Assembly (NCBI GenBank): GCA_964396475.1
Contig: CAYNFE010000001.1
Location: 69,474-133,473, forward strand
Reading direction: 5' to 3'
Length of the DNA: 64,000 nucleotides
DNA from: Candidatus Woesearchaeota archaeon
GTDB taxonomy: Archaea; Nanobdellota; Nanobdellia; Pacearchaeales; UBA284
Shown here: positions 17,276-25,260 of the stretch, one piece after another
Numbering within the stretch: position 1 is the first letter of the stretch
Layout: every line of letters starts with the position of its first letter
Program-made: the position numbers and the translations under genes
The notes under the pieces: generated by a model
Database searches by the model: none
What the model was told of the DNA's origin: nothing
The model's input: the letters and a program-made list of their open reading frames with translations, nothing else

Positions 17276-18085
17276 ATGAAAAAATTATTGATTGTGTTAA
17301 TATTGGTATTATTTCTTGTTTCTGGCTGCATCCAAGAACCAACATCAAGAAAAAGAATTCTTGAATCAGCCAAAGTTATTAGAGTTGTCGACGGTGATAC
17401 TATAAAATTAGAAAATGGAGATACAATTAGACTCTTACACATAAATACAGCAGAGAAAGGAGAAGAGTGTTATGAAGAAGCAAAAATAAGATTAGAAGAA
17501 CTAGTATTAAACAAAACAATCTGGCTTGAAAGAGACATGCAGAACCTAGATCAATATGACAGAAAATTAAGATATATTTTTCTAGAATACAATACAGATC
17601 CAGAAAATTATGATGGATTTGTGAATTTAATAATAATAGAAGAGGGTCTTGCTGCCTTACTTATTATTGAACCAAACATGAAATATAAAGAGATTTTTGA
17701 ATTTGCAATAGAAAAAGCAGAAGGATGTCTTTTTGAAAAAAGTTCATTTTCTGGATGCTTTTCTATAGAAGAATTTAATTATGATCCTGAAGATAGTGAT
17801 TGTAAAAATCCTAATGAAGAATATGTAAAAATAAAAAATAATTGTGAAGATATTAACATGAATGATTGGATAATAAAAGATTCTGCCAGGCATGTTTATA
17901 GATTTGAGAATTTTATATTAAACTCACAAGAGAGTTTTACACTACATAGTGGCTCTGGTCAAGATAATGGGAGTGATTTATACTGGCAGATGAGTGGAAG
18001 CTGTCCTGTGGTTTGGAATAATGATGGGGATAGCTTATTTTTGAGGGATTCCGACGAGAAACTAGTTCTTTATTACAGTTACTAA
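17276..18085 (+). CDS. secreted lipoprotein: staphylococcal-nuclease-like (SNase) domain fused to a lamin-tail domain (LTD)
   Basis: Signal plus lipobox-like LVSGC. The stretch VIRVVDGDTIKLENGDTIRLLHINTAEKGEECY is SNase-like. The C-terminal EYVKIKNN..DINMNDWIIKDSARHVYRF..FTLHSGSG is LTD-like. Confidence 0.75.
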   Translation: MKKLLIVLILVLFLVSGCIQEPTSRKRILESAKVIRVVDGDTIKLENGDTIRLLHINTAEKGEECYEEAKIRLEELVLNKTIWLERDMQNLDQYDRKLRYIFLEYNTDPENYDGFVNLIIIEEGLAALLIIEPNMKYKEIFEFAIEKAEGCLFEKSSFSGCFSIEEFNYDPEDSDCKNPNEEYVKIKNNCEDINMNDWIIKDSARHVYRFENFILNSQESFTLHSGSGQDNGSDLYWQMSGSCPVVWNNDGDSLFLRDSDEKLVLYYSY

Positions 18086-18088
18086 AGG

Positions 18089-18100
18089 TTTTTAAATTTT
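18089..18100 (+). promoter_or_regulatory. TATA-box-like element upstream of tRNA-Met/Ile2
   Basis: TTTTTAAATTTT lies 18-29 nt upstream of the tRNA 5' end. Confidence 0.35.
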
Positions 18101-18117
18101 AATTGTTTCTCTTATTT

Positions 18118-18190
18118 GCCGGTATAGCTCAGTGGTTAGAGCACGAGTCTCATAAGCTCGGGGTCGGGAGTTCAAATCTCCTTACCGGCA
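18118..18190 (+). tRNA. tRNA with CAU anticodon (elongator Met, or Ile2 if C34 is modified)
   Basis: Acceptor GCCGGUA/UACCGGC, anticodon stem CGAGU/GCUCG with loop CUCAUAA, T-arm GGGAG-UUCAAAU-CUCCU. The G1:C72 pair and the lack of a GGG/CCC anticodon stem argue against an initiator. Confidence 0.85.
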
Positions 18191-18200
18191 CTTTTTAAAA

Positions 18201-18404
18201 ATGAAAAATAAAGATAAAAAATTTCCAATAATTTTGTTACTTTTAGCAATAATAGTAACTTTTGGAACATTTCTTGTAAGTTCTATGCATGCTACAATAA
18301 CAGGAGCAGTTATTGGTAGCGTTTTTTCTGGATGGACCTTAATCTGGGTAATTTTGATATTAACAGCAGTATTTATAGGACTAAGCATCTTGCATGAAAA
18401 ATAA
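18201..18404 (+). CDS. small membrane protein (2 predicted TM helices)
   Basis: 67 aa, strongly hydrophobic with a basic N-terminus. Preferred over the antisense ORF 18182..18388. Confidence 0.45.
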   Translation: MKNKDKKFPIILLLLAIIVTFGTFLVSSMHATITGAVIGSVFSGWTLIWVILILTAVFIGLSILHEK

Positions 18405-18426
18405 AAAGAAAAAAGAAAAACTAGTT

Positions 18427-18741
18427 TTATTTTTTTACTAAAATTATATCTATTGTTGAAACATTGACTTTTTTACCTTCTTTATTTTCAAATTCTTCAC
18501 TATTTATCTGAATATCTTTCACTTCAATTCCCTGTTCCTTAAGGAAGCGTTTTGTAGCAACTTCTGCGACATCAACTGCTCTAGAAATGAACTTACCTCT
18601 TGCTTTAATTGTAACTTCTTTTGCTCCCTTAGTTGTAAACTGCATCACTACTCCTGTCACATAGTTCATAAACGGTTTTCCTCCGATAAAGACAATGTTG
18701 TCATCTGTTCTTGTTCTTTCAGTCATTTTTTTAACCTCCAT
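18427..18741 (-). CDS. albA: DNA/RNA-binding protein Alba
   Basis: NIVFIGGKPFMNYVTGVVMQFTTKGAKEVTIKARGKFISRAVDVAEVATKRF is the Alba signature. Confidence 0.9.
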   Translation of the reverse strand: MEVKKMTERTRTDDNIVFIGGKPFMNYVTGVVMQFTTKGAKEVTIKARGKFISRAVDVAEVATKRFLKEQGIEVKDIQINSEEFENKEGKKVNVSTIDIILVKK

Positions 18742-18789
18742 AACTTTTGTTTTTTGTTATCTGTTTTCTAAGCTATATACTTAGCATGA

Positions 18790-18981
18790 TTACTTACTCT
18801 TTTCTTTTTTGACTAATCTTGTTATATAACCGGCAATACTATTTCTATTTTTTTTATTTACTTCTAATGTTTCATTAAGTATTTTTTTATTTTTTTCAAA
18901 GTCATCTGTGAATAAATTAGGATATTTTTCTATTAATTTTCTGGTTGTTCTCTTGATTGCTAATGATTTCACTCTGCCCAT
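18790..18981 (-). CDS. rps17e: 30S ribosomal protein S17e (eS17)
   Basis: MGRVKSLAIKRTTRKLIEKYPNLFTDDFEKNKK...NSIAGYITRL matches eS17. Confidence 0.9.
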   Translation of the reverse strand: MGRVKSLAIKRTTRKLIEKYPNLFTDDFEKNKKILNETLEVNKKNRNSIAGYITRLVKKEKSK

Positions 18982-19010
18982 TTGTTTATTTTAGTCTCTA
19001 TATATAAATT

Positions 19011-19679
19011 TTATGGGATTAAAGGATTTCTCCCTTTAGCCTTCCCTTTATATCTACCACGGGCTTCAACCTTTTTAATCCTTTCTATAATTATACTTGA
19101 TTGTTTTGATTTCTTATAACCTTTGACTACAGAACCAAAATATTTCTCCCATCTCTTAAAGTGTTTTGCCTCAAGAGCCTCTCTCAATAAATGTAGATCA
19201 ACAGCTTTATCCTCTGCTCTAGCTGAATGAAATCCTAAACCAAAATCAATAAAATAAACATCTCTATTTTTTAGAATCATATTGCTAGTAGTCAAGTCAC
19301 CATGAATAATTCCAAAGTCATGAATCAAAGCTGTATTTCTACCTATCTTTTCACAGACAGCTAAAGCTTTTGTCAAAGGAAACTTATCCAATGAATCACT
19401 TAACAATTTTCCCTGAATATACTCCATCTCAATCTCTGTTTCTGGTTCAAATCTTTTTCTTGCCATCCCATTAATAGCCTTAACTCTAGGAACAGCAATA
19501 ATAGAAGCACTCTTTCTCAGTATCTTTGCTTCATGTCTAGTTCTACTTGTTCTAAGAAACAAATCTAAATGTTCGTGACGATAGCCTTTCTTAATTCTTC
19601 TCTTTAAGAGCGAATTCCCTTTTTTAATAAGCAAGGCTTCTGCCCCTCTTCCAATAATTTTTTCTTTCATCCTAATCAA
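19011..19679 (-). CDS. bud32: KEOPS complex kinase/ATPase Bud32 (PRPK)
   Basis: GAEALLIKK...RHEAKILRK...IIHGDLTTSNMIL..VYFIDFGLG is an atypical RIO-like kinase core. Stand-alone, with no Kae1 fusion. Confidence 0.8.
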   Translation of the reverse strand: MIRMKEKIIGRGAEALLIKKGNSLLKRRIKKGYRHEHLDLFLRTSRTRHEAKILRKSASIIAVPRVKAINGMARKRFEPETEIEMEYIQGKLLSDSLDKFPLTKALAVCEKIGRNTALIHDFGIIHGDLTTSNMILKNRDVYFIDFGLGFHSARAEDKAVDLHLLREALEAKHFKRWEKYFGSVVKGYKKSKQSSIIIERIKKVEARGRYKGKAKGRNPLIP

Positions 19680-21127
19680 TAACTCTTAGCTATCCATATA
19701 ATGTGTTTAGCTTTCTTTCCACAGTAAACACACTTACCTCTTGCTTTAGCTTTTTCGTTTATCCCAATAATTTTTGCGCCCTGTGTTTTTGTTTTAATCC
19801 AATCCTCACATTTTTCATTGCCGCACCATTCGCTAACTGTTAATTTCTTATTTTTGATGGCTTTTGTTAATTCAGCCATGTTCTTGACTTTTGTTGTGCC
19901 TTTCTTTAGCATATCTTCTGATTTTTTAAGTAAATTTTTATGAATATCGTCGAGAATTTTCTTAATTTTATCATTCATATCTTTTGTCCTTACTATTTCT
20001 TTTTTCCCTGTATCTCTTCTAACAGCTATAATTTGATTTTTTACTAGATCTTTAGGTCCTATTTCTATTCTTAGTGGAATACCTTTCATTTCCCAATCAT
20101 GAAACTTATAACCAGGACTATATTCTTTTCTATTATCTAAAAAAGTCCTGAATTTGAGATTCTTTTTTAATTCTTTTGCTTTTTTTAGAACTTTTTCCTT
20201 GGTTTTTTCAAAAAGAATAGGGATAATTACAATTTGAACAGGAGCAACTCTTGGCGGAATAATCAGACCCTTATTATCACCATGAATAGCTAGCATTATT
20301 CCTATCATTCTTGTTGTTATTGCCCAGGTGTTTTGCCAGACATACTCTTCTTTTCCTTGCTTGTTCAGGAATTTTATATCGAAAGCTTTAGCAAAAATCT
20401 GTCCGTCATGATGAAAGTCTGGCCCTTGAACAACTCTACCATTCGGAAGAAGACACTCAATAGCTTTTGTAAATTCAGCGCCAGCAAACTTCTCTGATTC
20501 TGTCTTTCTACTGACAAAGCCAGCTATAGCCAGATAATCTCTTAAAATCTCATTATAAATTCCTAGAATTTGTTTTTCCTCAATTAGAGCTTCTTTCTCT
20601 GTTGCAAAACAAGTATGTCCCTCATTCCATAAGAATTCTCTAGGTCTTATTAACAAGATAGGATGTTTAAATTCCCATCTTACAACATTATTCCATTGAT
20701 TATATTTTAAAGGAAGATCTCTCCAAGAACGAATCCATTTTGAATATGAAGTATACATTGCTGTTTCAGAGGTTGGCCTGATTGCCAATCTCTCTTGCAA
20801 TTTTCTTTTTCCAGCTTCTGTCACCCAGGCCACTTCTGGCGAGAAACCTTTTAGATGAGATTCTTCTTTCTTAAGCAATGATTCTGGAATAAAAAGAGGA
20901 AAATAAACATTCTTTATCCCAAGTTTCTTAAATCTTTTGTCTGTTTCTTCTTTAATTTTTTCCCAGATAGCATAAGCAGAAGGCTTCAAGATTTGACATC
21001 CAGAAACAGAACTATAATCAACTAAATCTGCTTTTATAACTGCTTGAGTATACCACTCACTATACTCATCTTTTTCTACTTCCAGACCTAATTTCTTACT
21101 TGTTTTTTTCTCCTTCTTTTTTAGCAT
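19676..21127 (-). CDS. proS: prolyl-tRNA synthetase (archaeal/eukaryotic type)
   Basis: 483 aa. Class II motifs (RPTSETAMY, NQWNNVVRWE, FHHDGQIFAKAF) plus a C-terminal Zn-binding domain ending in Y. Confidence 0.9.
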   Translation of the reverse strand: MLKKKEKKTSKKLGLEVEKDEYSEWYTQAVIKADLVDYSSVSGCQILKPSAYAIWEKIKEETDKRFKKLGIKNVYFPLFIPESLLKKEESHLKGFSPEVAWVTEAGKRKLQERLAIRPTSETAMYTSYSKWIRSWRDLPLKYNQWNNVVRWEFKHPILLIRPREFLWNEGHTCFATEKEALIEEKQILGIYNEILRDYLAIAGFVSRKTESEKFAGAEFTKAIECLLPNGRVVQGPDFHHDGQIFAKAFDIKFLNKQGKEEYVWQNTWAITTRMIGIMLAIHGDNKGLIIPPRVAPVQIVIIPILFEKTKEKVLKKAKELKKNLKFRTFLDNRKEYSPGYKFHDWEMKGIPLRIEIGPKDLVKNQIIAVRRDTGKKEIVRTKDMNDKIKKILDDIHKNLLKKSEDMLKKGTTKVKNMAELTKAIKNKKLTVSEWCGNEKCEDWIKTKTQGAKIIGINEKAKARGKCVYCGKKAKHIIWIAKSY

Positions 21128-21218
21128 CTTTTTCTATCTGTTTTAATACATTTAATCTTTTAAACTTTTTTAATCATTTTTCAGAAACCTTTAAATAAAT
21201 TATTCTCTCCTTAGGATT

Positions 21219-21797
21219 ATGAGTATACTTGAAAAAGAGGATGAGAGGCAAAATATACTTGGTATTCTAAGAAATACACGTAAAGCCCTAAAAACAAATG
21301 ATACATTACTCCTTAAAGAAATGTCAAACAGGACTGTTCATGGTGCTTCGATCTCTAAAGATCCAGCTAGTATTTCTATTGCTGTTACAGTCTATGCCTT
21401 AAGTAAGATAATAGGACGCAGAGATTATACTGAACATAAAGAATGGTCTTCTTTTCTTTCCAAAGTTAAAAGAAGTATTAACAAAGCTATTGACCATCTT
21501 GAAAAAAAAGATATAAAATTTTTTCATGAAGATATGAAAGATATAAGAAAATCTGCTAATGAAATAGCAGGTCGTTTGAAAATCTATATTAAAGATGTTT
21601 TTAGATTTGCTCAGATAAACAAAGCTTCTAGGATATATGAGCATGGTATTTCAAGAGCCGAAACAGTCAGACTTTTAGGTATAACAGAATGGGAACTTGC
21701 CGAATATGTAGGTAAAACAGGCATCCCTGATGTTTCACTCAGTTTGACAATGCCAATAAAAGAAAGAATAAATTTTACAAAAAGATTATTTGAATAA
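21219..21797 (+). CDS. hypothetical protein with C-terminal helix-turn-helix
   Basis: 192 aa. GISRAETVRLLGITEWELAEYVGKTG looks like an HTH. Its stop overlaps the next start by 1 nt. Confidence 0.5.
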   Translation: MSILEKEDERQNILGILRNTRKALKTNDTLLLKEMSNRTVHGASISKDPASISIAVTVYALSKIIGRRDYTEHKEWSSFLSKVKRSINKAIDHLEKKDIKFFHEDMKDIRKSANEIAGRLKIYIKDVFRFAQINKASRIYEHGISRAETVRLLGITEWELAEYVGKTGIPDVSLSLTMPIKERINFTKRLFE

Positions 21798-22468
21798 TGA
21801 AAGCTAAAAAAGCCCTTATTTTTGATTCAGGATCTATAATTACACTAGCTTTAAATGACTTACTTTATATTTTAGAACCTCTCAAAAAGGCTTTTGGAGG
21901 AGAATTCTATATTACAGAGTCAGTAAAAATGGAGATAGTAGATAGATCAATTAAATCAAGGAAGTTCATGTTAGAAGCATTAATGATAAAATCTCTAATT
22001 AATAAAGGAATTTTAACAGTGGCTCATTCCACCAACACTATGAGGAAAGAAACTAAAAGAATTCTAGATATAGCAAATCATACTTTTAACACAGAAGAAG
22101 AGTGGATTAGGTTAATTCATGAAGGAGAAACTTCTTGTCTTGCGCTCTTTAATATGGTTGATGCAGAAAAGAAAGCAATTGTTGTCGATGAAAGGACCTT
22201 AAGAATGCTATGCGAAGCTCCTCAAAATTTGAAAAAACTTCTTGAAAAAAAATTAGATAAGAAAATAAAACCAAGAGAAGAGAATTATAATTTTTTCAAA
22301 AATTTCAAGGTAATTCGTTCTTCTGAATTGGCATTTATTGCTTACAAAAAAAAGATCATCAGTTTGCCTGCAAAATCTCAGGATGCTATTAGAGCTATTC
22401 TCTACGCTACAAAATATAAAGGGTGCGCTATTTCTAATCATGAAATTGAGATTGCTAAAAAACTATGA
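21797..22468 (+). CDS. PIN-like domain protein (putative nuclease)
   Basis: 223 aa. Acidic residues in IFDSGSIITL, ITESVKMEIVD, GETSCLAL and VVDERTLR are arranged as in PIN-fold nucleases. Confidence 0.45.
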   Translation: MKAKKALIFDSGSIITLALNDLLYILEPLKKAFGGEFYITESVKMEIVDRSIKSRKFMLEALMIKSLINKGILTVAHSTNTMRKETKRILDIANHTFNTEEEWIRLIHEGETSCLALFNMVDAEKKAIVVDERTLRMLCEAPQNLKKLLEKKLDKKIKPREENYNFFKNFKVIRSSELAFIAYKKKIISLPAKSQDAIRAILYATKYKGCAISNHEIEIAKKL

Positions 22469-23469
22469 AAGAAGCATCGTATTATGAAAAATTAAAAGAA
22501 AATACTGTTAGATGTAGACTCTGCCCTAGATTCTGTATAATTAAATTAAATGATAGAGGAAATTGTGGAGTTCGTGAGAATAAAAATGGGAAGCTTTTTA
22601 GTCTAGTTTATGAAAATCCAGTTTCTATTGCTCTAGACCCAATTGAAAAAAAACCCTTCTATCATTTTCTTCCAGGACAACAAGCATTGAGCATTGCAAC
22701 TGCCGGCTGTAATCTGCATTGTTTGTATTGTCAAAATTGGGAAATCTCACAATGTAAACCTGAGAAAGCCTCTTCTTTTAAAATGTCTCCAAAAAGAGTT
22801 GTTGAAGAAGCTACAAACAGAGAAGTTAAGATAATGAGCTATACTTATACAGAACCTACGATATTTTATGAGTATATGTTAGATATAGCAAAATTAGCCA
22901 AACAAAAAGGAATTAAAAATACTACTGTGACTAATGCATTCATAAATCCAGAGCCAATAACAGAACTTTGTAAATATTTAGATGGAACTAATGTTGATTT
23001 TAAAGGTAGCGATAAGTTTTATAGAGAATTAAGTGGAGCATGGCGTAAGCCAGTAGAAGAGGCTATAAAGATTATGCATGAAAAAGGAGTGTGGATTGAA
23101 CTTACTAATTTAATTATTCCAGGACATAATGATAAAGAAAAAGATATTATTAAATTAGTAAATTGGATTAAAGAAAATTTAAGTGTAGATGTTCCTTTGC
23201 ATTTCTCAGCTTTCTATCCAACATACAAGATGTTAGAGACACCTCCAACTAATCCAAAGATTGTCATTAAGGCAAGAAAGATGGCTATGGATGCTGGGCT
23301 TCATTATGTTTATACAGGTAATATTAATGATAAGGAAGGCTCTACTACTTTCTGTCCTAAATGTAATAAACCAGTCATAATCAGGACTGGCTTTATGATT
23401 AAAGAAAATAGACTTATCGACGGTAAATGTCCTAATTGCCAAGAAAAGATTGCAGGAGTATGGAAATAA
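22465..23469 (+). CDS. AmmeMemoRadiSam-system radical SAM enzyme (PflA-like activase family)
   Basis: CRLCPRFC...GNCGVRENKNGKL...DPIEKKPFYHFLPG...ATAGCNLHCLYCQNWEIS (CxxxCxxC) and a C-terminal CPKC..CPNC. Confidence 0.8.
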   Translation: MKEASYYEKLKENTVRCRLCPRFCIIKLNDRGNCGVRENKNGKLFSLVYENPVSIALDPIEKKPFYHFLPGQQALSIATAGCNLHCLYCQNWEISQCKPEKASSFKMSPKRVVEEATNREVKIMSYTYTEPTIFYEYMLDIAKLAKQKGIKNTTVTNAFINPEPITELCKYLDGTNVDFKGSDKFYRELSGAWRKPVEEAIKIMHEKGVWIELTNLIIPGHNDKEKDIIKLVNWIKENLSVDVPLHFSAFYPTYKMLETPPTNPKIVIKARKMAMDAGLHYVYTGNINDKEGSTTFCPKCNKPVIIRTGFMIKENRLIDGKCPNCQEKIAGVWK

Positions 23470-23522
23470 TTAATCACTTTAAAATAACAAATTTTATATA
23501 TTAGTTCTTCTTTTGTTTTTAT

Positions 23523-24206
23523 ATGATTGTTTTGATAGAACCTAATAAAAATAAAAAGAAAAAACTCTGTGATCTAATTAATAGAGAAAGAATAGTTCCT
23601 GTTAAATTTCCAGGTGAAGTTTTAAATTTTTTATATAAATATCAGAAAAAAGTAGATTTAATTATTGCTAATTCTAATATGCCTTTTGTAAGTGATCTCA
23701 TCTCAAAAAAATTATTAGAAAAGTTATGTAGTAAATTAAATCTACCAAGAATTCCTTTAGTTGGATATTACAAAGAAGAGGATGAAAATACTAAAAAATT
23801 AAAAGAGGCAGGCATAGATTTGATTAAATATGATGAAAGAAATTCTGAATTTCCTTTTCAGTACCTAAGTTTAATCAGAAAAGAATATCCTGGATTAAAT
23901 ATTGATGTAACAAATATAATGGAAATTAGAGATTATTGGTTAGGGATAAAACAAAAGCCAGAAAAAAAAGAATTGGATTCAGAAGAAATAGAAGATATAT
24001 TAAATGTACTTTCACCTACTGAAGAAAAAGAAGTAATGGATATAACAGAAATTTCAGCACAGGTCAAGCCATATATAACTCAAAATGAATATGATAAAGT
24101 AGTAGATGAGCTTGATGAATGGAAGAAAAAATATAACAAACTAGAAAAGGAACATAAAGATTTAAAGGTTTCTGTTAAAGATATAATAGACACTGCTAAG
24201 AAATAA
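23523..24206 (+). CDS. hypothetical protein, degenerate receiver (REC)-like N-domain plus coiled coil
   Basis: 227 aa. MIVLIEPN...VDLIIANSNMP resembles a CheY-like fold lacking the N-terminal acidic pair. The C-terminus is acidic coiled coil. Confidence 0.4.
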   Translation: MIVLIEPNKNKKKKLCDLINRERIVPVKFPGEVLNFLYKYQKKVDLIIANSNMPFVSDLISKKLLEKLCSKLNLPRIPLVGYYKEEDENTKKLKEAGIDLIKYDERNSEFPFQYLSLIRKEYPGLNIDVTNIMEIRDYWLGIKQKPEKKELDSEEIEDILNVLSPTEEKEVMDITEISAQVKPYITQNEYDKVVDELDEWKKKYNKLEKEHKDLKVSVKDIIDTAKK

Positions 24207-24207
24207 A

Positions 24208-25260
24208 ATGGAGAGGGCAAAAAAATATTCTATAGATAGGCCAAGACTTGTTTTTGATTATGCTTTACCAATATTTCAGTCTTTAGTGGAAGATAGCCAT
24301 ACTAAAATAAAGGTTCCTCCAGAAAAGAGATTAGTTGGCACTGCAATAGATATAATTTCATTTATTTATCGTTTTTGTTATAAGGATTTAACTGTAATCC
24401 TGCGTCATGAAGGTAAGACTAATTTTTTTGAAAAAAAGACAAAACACATCCCTATGATTTTAGAATTGATAATTGATAAAAATATTTCACCAAAAAATTT
24501 TGTCAGAGGAGGTCACAAAACAGCAATAATTCATCCTCCTTCAGAATATGATTATAGTCTAGCTTCTGTAAGCTCTTCACCATTGTTTAAATCAATAAAA
24601 AGAAAATTTCCTCTTGATGAATTTCTACACAAGTTTTTTGATCTAAAACCAGAATATAAATCAGGAATAATGGTATCTTGTAATTCTACATTTGGATTTA
24701 AGATAGATTGGAGATACCAAAAAGATAATCTTGTTTCTGAATTTCAAAATCATTATCTAGATTCTTCCAAAACCATGAAAAAGATATCACAAACCTTATT
24801 TAATTATGATTGGTCAGTTATACTATCTCTTGCTGTTGATGTGATGGCGGGAAAGTCAAAGGAAGAAATAACTAGAAAAAGATATCCTGAAGAAGAAAAA
24901 GATTTCCTCAGAGAAAGATTAGATAGAAAAATTGAGAAGGCTATTCATAAATCAGCTCCTTGTTTTATTAAGGGATTATCTAAAGGAGAAAATTCATATG
25001 AAATTTGTAAAGCAAATAAATTATGTAGTTGGAATTATTCAAGACTCTATGGATCAAAAATTATGAGTGCTCTTATCAACCGTTCAAAAAGAAAAGAGGA
25101 TACTAAGAGAATTTTAGATTATTATTATAAGGTTACTGGAGAAAATATAGATGTTAAAACTTTTTTGAATGGAATTAGTTTAGAAAGATCAAAAAGAAAA
25201 AGAAAAAGAGCACTGGTGCCATATAAAGATCAACAAAAAGCCTTAGTTTCACTTTCTTAG
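24208..25260 (+). CDS. hypothetical protein
   Basis: 350 aa ORF starting 1 nt after the previous stop. No family recognised. Confidence 0.5.
   Translation: MERAKKYSIDRPRLVFDYALPIFQSLVEDSHTKIKVPPEKRLVGTAIDIISFIYRFCYKDLTVILRHEGKTNFFEKKTKHIPMILELIIDKNISPKNFVRGGHKTAIIHPPSEYDYSLASVSSSPLFKSIKRKFPLDEFLHKFFDLKPEYKSGIMVSCNSTFGFKIDWRYQKDNLVSEFQNHYLDSSKTMKKISQTLFNYDWSVILSLAVDVMAGKSKEEITRKRYPEEEKDFLRERLDRKIEKAIHKSAPCFIKGLSKGENSYEICKANKLCSWNYSRLYGSKIMSALINRSKRKEDTKRILDYYYKVTGENIDVKTFLNGISLERSKRKRKRALVPYKDQQKALVSLS

Noticed and set aside
18182-18388. 68 aa minus-strand ORF overlapping tRNA-Met and the small membrane protein gene
   Set aside because: It overlaps the 3' end of the tRNA. The plus-strand alternative has a cleaner membrane-protein profile and a start just after the tRNA.
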